Origin: Octopus sinensis
Lineage: Eukaryota
Direction: 5' to 3'
Assembly: GCF_006345805.1 (NCBI RefSeq)
Contig: NW_021825114.1
Location: forward strand, 1-16,705
DNA length: 16,705 nucleotides
The notes under the pieces were generated by a model that saw only the letters and a program-made list of their open reading frames with translations, ran no database searches and had not been told where the DNA came from. Positions 9,409-16,705 of this stretch are shown here, piece by piece; position 1 is the stretch's first letter; the number at the start of each line of letters is the position of its first letter. The translations under genes were made by a program, and so were the position numbers.

Positions 9409-9744
9409 GCACAGACAAGGCTGCAAAACGGTAGTATTCCTAGGTTTGGCAAGTATTTATATAAATATAGTCACTTCTTATACCTCTGATCACCCTTTTA
9501 TATGTTTGCTGAAATCGGAATTGAGGAAGACACGCTTTAACCTTGCCTGAATGTTTGAAATAATGAGGTCTTACAGTAAAGGTAACCGAGGACCTGTTGT
9601 CACGCTCGGCTGGTCAGAGGACTAAATCGACCCTTCGAAAATGCAACACTGGGATTTGAACAGTCAATACAAAGAGACAGAACAAATAAGATGACAAAGA
9701 AAAGTACTTCTTAATACTTACTGATTGTACTAGTTTATATATAT

Positions 9745-9876
9745 AAGTACTTATTGATCTCAGGAGGAGGAAACGCAAAATTAACCTCGGCAGAGATCGA
9801 ATTCAGAGATCAAGAAGCTTAAATAAATACAGCAATGTATTATGTTCGGCGCCTCAACGACCCTGACAGCTCGCTG
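9745..9876 (-). mobile_element. Old diverged SINE copy related to 5752-6314
   Basis: agtacttatt...gatc..aggaggaggaaacgcaaaattaacctcggcagagatcgaattcaga...aaatac...aacgaccctgacagctcgc aligns by eye with ggtacttattt...gaaaggatgaaaggcaaagtcgacctcggcggaatttgaactcaga...aaatac...aacgattctgccagctcgc. Confidence 0.65.
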
Positions 9877-9939
9877 TGTATATTTAACTTGGACGTTATT
9901 TGCTGAGCTTTTAAATTAACGTAATTGAATGAAATATCA

Positions 9940-10050
9940 TTAGTTACTTTTACAAATATTAGTAATACTCTGAACTAAAATCCTGTTGTAGGTGTCACTG
10001 TTAATTTCATACAAATTCTTGGCTTTGATCGAGTGGACAAAAACGTTCAT
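9940..10050 (-). mobile_element. Penelope-like element ORF fragment, region just N-terminal to the RT core
   Basis: The C-terminal part of ORF 9940..10329, NVFVHSIKAKNLYEINSDTYNRILVQSITNICK, matches the PLE motif (I/V)FV.(A/S)DKT.NLY......Y..(I/L)L...IT..YK. Confidence 0.6.
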
Positions 10051-10059
10051 TGAATGTCG

Positions 10060-10392
10060 CATACGTTCAGAAAGAAAAAAAAATCTGGTTGAGTTATTGA
10101 AAGATTTACACCTAAATATTATTGCTGAAAGAAATTTCCATATAGTTAATTCCTTAGATATCACCTGAGATTTAGAAGCCAATAAATACCATATATTTAG
10201 AAAGCAACATGAAATGTTAGAGAACATAAATATTGCTTCAATCCAAACGCCTGACGTTATAAATAATTCAAAGAAAACGGTTAGTTTACGGTTACCCAGT
10301 ATTTCATCTGATAAATAGTACTTCTTCAAAGTGATAGCTTATTATTATGGAGTGGTATAACGCAGTGGTTTTAATGATAAGATTAATTGCGT
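10060..10392 (+). mobile_element. Penelope-like element RT C-terminal/thumb fragment (pseudogenised)
   Basis: Plus translation KKNLVELLKDLHLNIIAERNFHIVNSLDIT*DLEANKYHIFRKQHEMLENINIASIQTPDVINNSKKTVSLRLPSISSDK*YFFKVIAYYYGVV*RSGFNDKI matches the Penelope/Poseidon pattern KK.L...FK..GL.I..E.N...VNFLDVT.DL....Y..YRK......YIN..SNHP...I......IS.R.S..SS....F.....YY..AL..SGF...I. Three in-frame stops. Confidence 0.8.
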
Positions 10393-10762
10393 GAATAAAA
10401 ATATTAAATCTAAGGCATGTGTGGCTGGTTGTGATGGAGAATAGAGTTACTACGAGGTTTGTAGTGGAATCGGTGTTTCGTGAGCGATGAAAGATTACAG
10501 ATATGAGTAATAGGAAATATAATGGAAAACGATGGAAGGTTTATAACGGTCTCAGTAAATGTTTGTGAATATGGTATGCAGCTTTTAACGTGGAACCGTG
10601 GACTCTTTCTGTTGTCGGTAGGAGGACGACAGCTCATGTGTTGGGTTAAAGTAGACAGTGGGCGACTAGGATATACATTTACATAGTGAAAGTTCGCACT
10701 TCAATCTCGCCGGGTGAACCAGCATTATATATATATATAATATACATATCATATATACATAT

Positions 10763-10805
<43 letters not shown>

Positions 10806-10806
<1 letters not shown>

Positions 10807-11195
10807 TTTTTTTTTTTACTTGTTCAGTCATTTTGACTGCGGCCATGCTGGAGCACCGTCTTTTATCGAGCAACTCGACCCCGGGACTTATTCTTTGTAA
10901 GCCCAGTACTTATTCTATCGGTCTCTTTTGCCGAACCGCTAGGTGACAGGGACGTAAACACACCAGCATCGGTTGTCAAGCAATGCTAGGGGGACAAACA
11001 CAGACACACAAACACACACATAAACATATATACGACGGGATTCTTTCAGTTTCCATCTACCAAATCCACTCACAAGGCTTTGGTCGGCCCGGGGCTATAG
11101 TCGAAGACACTTGCCCAAGGTGCCACGCAGTGGGACTGAACCCGGAACCATGTGGTTGGTAAAGAAGCTACTTACCACACAGCCACTCCTGCGCC
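10806..11195 (-). mobile_element. Full-length tRNA-derived SINE (second family, CORE-like central motif)
   Basis: Minus head GGCGCAGGAGTGGCTGTGTGGTAAG (A box), GGGTTCAGTCCC (B box), then CACCTTGGGCAAGTGTCTT (CORE-domain-like), an internal GT-rich tract, and an A-rich tail (poly-T at 10806-10817 on plus). Embedded in (TA)n on both sides. Confidence 0.88.
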
Positions 11196-11309
11196 TACAT
11201 ATGTATGTGTATATATATATTTATATGTATATGTATATATATATTATATGTATATATATATACACATACACATATAAATATATATATATACTTATCATAC
11301 ACCACCACC

Positions 11310-11340
<31 letters not shown>

Positions 11341-11365
11341 ATATATATATATATATATTATATAT

Positions 11366-11407
<42 letters not shown>

Positions 11408-11416
11408 TTCTATATA
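11196..11416. repeat. (TA)n/(GT)n compound microsatellite (continuation of the tract at 10726-10805)
   Basis: Directly visible. Confidence 0.95.
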
Positions 11417-11587
11417 TGGGATGCATTGATATCCTGGAGACTCAAGGAGAAAGGTAAGGAGATGTGAGTGCTACGGAAGGACCATAGTTAGGATCTCGGT
11501 TCGATAATGATACGAATGATGCGTCTATCATGGGTCTTGTGTGAGTATGTATTTGTTAAATAAAATGAGACAAGGCTGTGTGGAATT

Positions 11588-11633
11588 TTTACGGCTGTTT
11601 CTGGGATATTAGGGATAGCACTTCATCGGAGAC
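11588..11633 (-). ncRNA. Degenerate minimal hammerhead-like motif
   Basis: Minus strand reads GTCT-CCGATGA-AGTGCTAT-cctaa-TATCCCA-GAAA-CAGCCG-TA: one change from CUGAUGA, stem III one change from palindromic CAGCTG, UH = UA; stem II is eroded. Confidence 0.5.
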
Positions 11634-11820
11634 GATGTGAGAGATTTCAATGGATGGATATAGTAGAGCTCAATATAACTGTATAAATCTATAATAGTTT
11701 CCCGATGGTTATCATTTAAATATATATGAACATGTCAAGATATGTAACTATATGTATGGCAATACATATATAAAACAAAATATACAAATCTGCACATATA
11801 CATACATATATACAAACAAA

Positions 11821-11931
11821 AATACTCTGTTGTTGATGTTGAAACTCCAATGATGAAGCCTTGAATTTAGGTTAGAAACCGGTTCTTTCCCCATTGGCAA
11901 GAAATCTCGTTAATAAAACTGAACAATGGCG
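11821..11931 (+). mobile_element. Short insertion in a (TACA)n tract carrying a hammerhead-like motif (11847-11897)
   Basis: ccaATGATGA-AGCCT-tgaattt-AGGTT-A-GAAA-CCGG-TTC-tttcccc-attgg: stem II AGCCT/AGGTT, palindromic ACCGGT stem III, possible CCAAT/ATTGG stem I. CATA/TACA repeats flank both sides. Confidence 0.5.
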
Positions 11932-13623
11932 TACATACATACATACACATACATAAATACGGAGTCTTATATAGCAACAGAATAACAATCAACTTTCTTT
12001 TTGTTAAGGGGTGTATTTGACTGTTGCAATTATTTCGGTTTCTCTTTGAGAATTAGTCGTTAGCTACGTGCTCCGAGCGCAAAGGGTATGTTTACTTGAG
12101 GATATTCCAGATTATACTTGGTGCAACTCCCACCCCACAGCTAATTCACGCAAAAATATTATACATTCTTCAATGCACGAAATATTCATGTCAGTTCCTC
12201 TTGCATAAACATTATCGCATCCCACATCGCGAAGTTCTGCATAAATAACATATAGCTATCCTATCCTCGCCGCTGGCACACTCATGGAATTGCCGATATC
12301 AAGTCATCTTGCAAATACGAAATTTTCGCCTTTCTAATGGCTGTTCTGCAAGTTCATTCTTAGCGACTGGGTCGGATTTCAAATTACCACACATGCCTCA
12401 CAGCTACGATGTCAATGAAAATTTTATGCAACATTTGCACACCAGCGAATCAAAGAAGAGAAAACTGCTGGACAAGATAAATGAGCAACTCAGTAAAACC
12501 CGGTGCCATCTCAACAACGCCTTCATTCTAAAAGCTCTCAATGTCCTCATTAATTTTTTCATGATAAAGTATTCTGCTCTTTGCCTTTTGTAATGACTTA
12601 ACGCTATTCTTCCTGTTCTTAACTCGTTTTTCTCTATCTTATTTACTGGTTTCGTTTTCCCGCTAAAACGTCAGAATAAAACCTTAAAAAACCTTTTCTC
12701 TTTTCTTTGTTAAACGAACCAAACTGAACGATATAAAAGAAAACTACGTAAACGATGTATACTCTATAAGAATAAAGCATAGTGTACCTAAGAAACGAGA
12801 ATATTCTAGACTAACAATTAAATTATATGTATTTTCGCATATACACTCTTACACATTTAGTAAGAAAGCTGGAGAAAAAGAGAGAGAGAGACGTGATACC
12901 AAGAAAGAAATTAGGAGCAAGGAAGTGGGTACGTTGCGAATAATAAAAGTAAAGAGAGGGACATTTAAACAAACAAATATTTACTATCTCGGTTTAGATT
13001 TTCAAACAATATTAAATATTTTATTGCTGTTGTTCATAATAGAGAGAGGGGTTGAAGAGAACGGATATGGTAGCCAAATATTTATTATAGCAGACATAAT
13101 AAATTACGAAGTTGTCATTACAGAGAGAAATTAATAATCAACGAACTCTGAGTGGTCAGGAAGGTTGGGCCAGTGTGGGTTGGGATAGATTTATGTGTTT
13201 GGTTGAAGTTAGTTTAGAGGTTTTTGCACTTGGTGTCTTGAACACAACTATTTAATTGCAATGCACGCACAAAGTCACAAACACACACGCACGTGTATAC
13301 ATATGTCTGCGTGCGATTCCGTATGTATGTATGTATGTGTGTATGTACGTATGTATGTAGGTATGTATGTGCGACAGCGTGTTCCGGAATTAGTGGACAC
13401 AGGCAATGTCAAGTGATAAGTTCTATTTACAATCACGAGTTCCATCTCCTAAAGAATTTTGGTCTTTTACAAAACCCTTGAAATAATCCAGGCAGGCGAT
13501 TGATTGTATCTGTTCTCCGACCGCATCGCCTTATAGGACATTGTATGAAGCTCTTTCTGTCTGTGAATTTACGTTGAGGGTACATGCATAGTGAGTATAT
13601 ATATATATATGTATATATATATG

Positions 13624-13790
13624 AGGAGACCTCATTCGGTCAAGGATGACAATGGGATTGCACCCAGAAAGTTGCCATCCGAAGCACATATCCGGGCAAG
13701 GTTGTTTATGGAAGGCCAGCAGTCGCCCATGCATACCAGCCTCTCCTCTCTACACCACTGATGTTCTTCAAAGGAAAGGCTAAGGCCATT
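13624..13790 (+). mobile_element. Probable RTE-LINE-related non-coding (5'UTR-like) repeat fragment
   Basis: GC-richer block ...cagcagtcgcccatgcataccagcctctcctctctacaccactgatgttcttcaaaggaaaggctaaggcc resembles RTE 5' regions from memory; it begins abruptly after (TA)n. Confidence 0.4.
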
Positions 13791-13794
13791 ACAC

Positions 13795-13915
13795 CACAGA
13801 TTCTCTCAACGAAATCCACTCACAAGGTGCTCTGAGTGTATAACATATGTTATAGCGTCTTACACAAGATTGTTCACAGTCGGATTGAACCTGGAACCAT
13901 GACACGATTCGAAGC
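13795..13915 (-). mobile_element. Old diverged copy of the 10806-11195 SINE family (head region)
   Basis: Shares aaatccactcacaagg exactly with about 11063-11078, and cacagtcggattgaacctggaaccatg with cgcagtgggactgaacccggaaccatg (B box region). Confidence 0.7.
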
Positions 13916-14511
13916 AGGACATTGTTATTTGCAGCACATACAGCAAATGCAGCAAATTTTAATTTCTTTACCTTTGATATATATTTCTTTCTGAAATGAA
14001 GAACCCAGGAATCACCGCAAAATCTAGTTTAAGTAAAGCGTTAGGTAACCGATAGCATATTTCTCAGAGCCATATTTGGTTTCTTCTTGAAAGTGTTAAT
14101 TTGACTCTATTTCATTTGATTTATATAAACGAAGCGTAACGTTAACAAAAACATGGGAAGTCGAGAGAACTCCATAGATAACACTTGATTTAGTGCAAGG
14201 TAAACATATGGAAAAATGTTTTAAAATATATTGAGTAACGTTTTGTTGGTAACAATAATATATTCATAATACCCCGCTCAACATCACCAGGTATATAATT
14301 CCATAAACACACATACAAACACATATCTTCAATGACTTAAAGTTTCCTGTGGTAAGTAATCCGTATTTATCTATTATTTAAAATGTAAACGAAATATATC
14401 ATATTCCAGCGTAAGTTCTTCAGAAACTCCTATAAAAGAAATATCCAGAAAATAAGCGGAATCAACTCTACCCACGCTCCCCACTCTTTATCAACATATA
14501 CACACATACGA

Positions 14512-14579
14512 GTATATATGTATTTATATATATGCATATGTATATATATATTTGTATGTATATATGTATGCATATATAC

Positions 14580-14619
<40 letters not shown>

Positions 14620-14892
14620 TTCATATATATGCATGTATATATATGCAATATACATACATAATATATGCATATATACATATATGTATATATATATGTACAT
14701 TGATATATATGTATCTGTATATGTATATATGCATGTATATATATGCATATATACATACATATATATATGCATATATACATATATGTATATATATATGTAC
14801 ATTGATATATATGTATGTGTATATATATATACATATGTATATATCTATATATTATCATATGTATATATATATACATATGTATATATATATAC

Positions 14893-14932
<40 letters not shown>

Positions 14933-14950
14933 ATATATATATATATATAA
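14512..14950. repeat. (TA)n-derived degenerate satellite with 102-bp higher-order duplication
   Basis: The 54-nt block atatatgcatatatacatatatgtatatatatatgtacattgatatatatgtat occurs at 14661-14714 and 14763-14816. Confidence 0.92.
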
Positions 14951-14956
14951 ACATAC

Positions 14957-14986
14957 ATAGATATAGATAGATAGGCAGATGGATAG

Positions 14987-15041
<55 letters not shown>

Positions 15042-15075
15042 AAGATAGATAGATAGATATATAGATAGATAGATA
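14957..15075. repeat. (GATA)n microsatellite
   Basis: Directly visible. Confidence 0.97.
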
Positions 15076-15409
15076 TGGCACTTTGCTAGAATTATATTAG
15101 CGTCAATAACTTCCGCGTCGTCGCCATCTCAAGAGCAAACATGTCGTGCGCTGCGTTGTATGGTAAAAACAAAAGGGAACTGTTCCAGTAACGGAATATA
15201 ACATTACAATATTTATATAAATAAAATGCCTTAGAGGCATCGGGTTATTTATTCAGGCTCGAAGTCATTATTTACACACACACATATATATATGAAGTGT
15301 TTGAGTGCGTGAATATCGATGATGTAAATCAATCAGTGAAACACCCGAACAGGTTAATTAGGAAATATATTGTGGTTCGGAGATATTGTGTTTCGTTTAT
15401 TATATATGT

Positions 15410-15414
<5 letters not shown>

Positions 15415-15460
<46 letters not shown>

Positions 15461-15590
15461 GGGAGAGATAGAGATAGAAAGAGAGCGAGATATATATAAT
15501 ATATATATATATATTATATATATATATGTATATGATATATATATATGTGGTGGTGTGTGTATATATATATACACACAACTGTATATGTAT
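15415..15590. repeat. (TA)n/(GA)n/(GT)n compound microsatellite
   Basis: Directly visible. Confidence 0.93.
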
Positions 15591-15903
15591 GCCTTTTATG
15601 AGTACATTTAGCGTTTCTATATGATATGATGTTTAGGTGAGGGAATCGAGGGCGAGAGAGATAGATGGATTGATAGAGAAAGAGAGAAATATAGAGACAA
15701 GAAAGAATGTTGGTAAGGAGGGAAAGAAAGAAAGCAAGTAGATATCAAATATTGGAATGGTTTATCTCCACATAATAAAATATTTTTATGCCTGCTTCAG
15801 GAGATGAATCTCAATTTACGATGTATGAATCCTACCTTTAGTTAATACACACACTCACACATTTATAATTATACATATATATATATATTTATTTATTTAC
15901 ATA

Positions 15904-16705
15904 CAGGGCACTGTTTTGGGACCACTACTGTTCATAATGGCCCTCTCAGACATGCCCTCAGCCACGCGGAGAGCCACGATCACAAGTTATGCAGATGATA
16001 CAAAAGTTTCACAGGCAATACAGAACCCTGAAGACACTAGGCACCTGCAATATGAGCTGGACGAAATTTACAAGTGGGCTGAAAAGAATAGCATGCAGTT
16101 CAATGCTGAAAAGTTTCAAGCTTTATACTATCAGCATGCAAAACTGAATGCAATACCCAAGGAATACACTGGACCCGGAGGGATTGCAATCCCAGAGGCA
16201 CAATCAGTGCGTGACCTGGGTATTCACATGAGTGATGACGCGACCTTTCATGTACATGTTGCTAAACTGACAGTGAAATGCAGACGCCTGGCTGGATGGA
16301 TTCTTAGAACCTTTAGAACAAGAGAACAAAAACCATGATGGTCCTCTGAAGACACTTGTCCTAAGTCACTTTGACTATTGCTCTCAGCTATGGTCACCAT
16401 CCAGTGTCAAGTTGATCACAGAACTTGAGGCGATCCAACGAAGCTACACGAAGAAGATAGCCTCTATGCAGATGTAAGCTACTGGGAAAGACTCAAGAGA
16501 TTAAAATTATATTCCCTGGAGCGTAGGCGGGAAAGATATGCCATAATATACATCTGGAAGATCCTGGAGGGAAGTGTCCTGAACTTGGCATCGAGAGTTA
16601 CGCAAACGCCAGAACTGGGTGCCACTGCGTGGTGCCTAGGAGTCCAAACTTGCCATCAAGATGTAGGACAAGATTCTGTGATAGCCTGGGCTTCCGAGGC
16701 CACAG
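15904..16705 (+). mobile_element. 5'-truncated CR1-group LINE, ORF2 reverse transcriptase (frameshifted as given; runs off the window end)
   Basis: QGTVLGPLLF (15904 on), YADD (15988-15999), W...N.MQFN..K and DLG motifs. After frameshifts it continues as LVLSHFDYCSQLWSP...LEAIQRSYTKKI...SYWERLKRLKLYSLERRRERYAIIYIWKILEG, typical of CR1-group ORF2 C-termini. Confidence 0.93.

Noticed and set aside
8544-9452. Longest ORFs (239 aa plus, 251 aa minus) as protein-coding genes
   Set aside because: They are pure translations of the ATT/ACT triplet satellite, with no domain or codon complexity.
11120-11195. tRNA gene
   Set aside because: A and B boxes are present, but the sequence continues into a SINE body and tail and I cannot fold a convincing cloverleaf; the same applies to 6230-6314.
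12090-12680. Possible very old Penelope linker/GIY-YIG remnant (HPTANSRKNII..., FMQHLH..., ALN, aaacgtcag) including ORF 12309..12593
   Set aside because: Only scattered short resemblances across frames and no GIY/YIG motif; would need a BLASTX or HMM hit to claim.
13494-13531. AGGCGAT/ATCGCCT hairpin
   Set aside because: A single 7-bp stem with no supporting context.
14430-15611. Many overlapping YI/IY-rich ORFs
   Set aside because: They are translations of (TA)n and (GATA)n microsatellites.

Overview
AT-rich, microsatellite-saturated animal non-coding DNA with no supportable intact protein-coding gene; almost all listed ORFs are simple-repeat artefacts or transposon debris. The SINE/LINE repertoire looks like a coleoid cephalopod (Octopus-like) genome, which is my recollection of these repeats and is not verified. 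Recognisable content: a 5'-truncated CR1-group LINE (15904-16705), a decayed RTE LINE (about 6660-7400, minus), the 3' end of a mariner transposon (about 3900-4205), several tRNA-headed SINEs (one internally triplicated), and Penelope-like element (PLE) remnants, including an RT fragment broken into two oppositely oriented halves (9940-10392). The most striking signal is a cluster of about seven minimal type I hammerhead-ribozyme (HHR)-like motifs from at least five unrelated sequence contexts. Two sets are arranged as head-to-head inverted pairs (1462-1788 and 8591-8699); the first pair retains intact CUGAUGA...GAAA cores.
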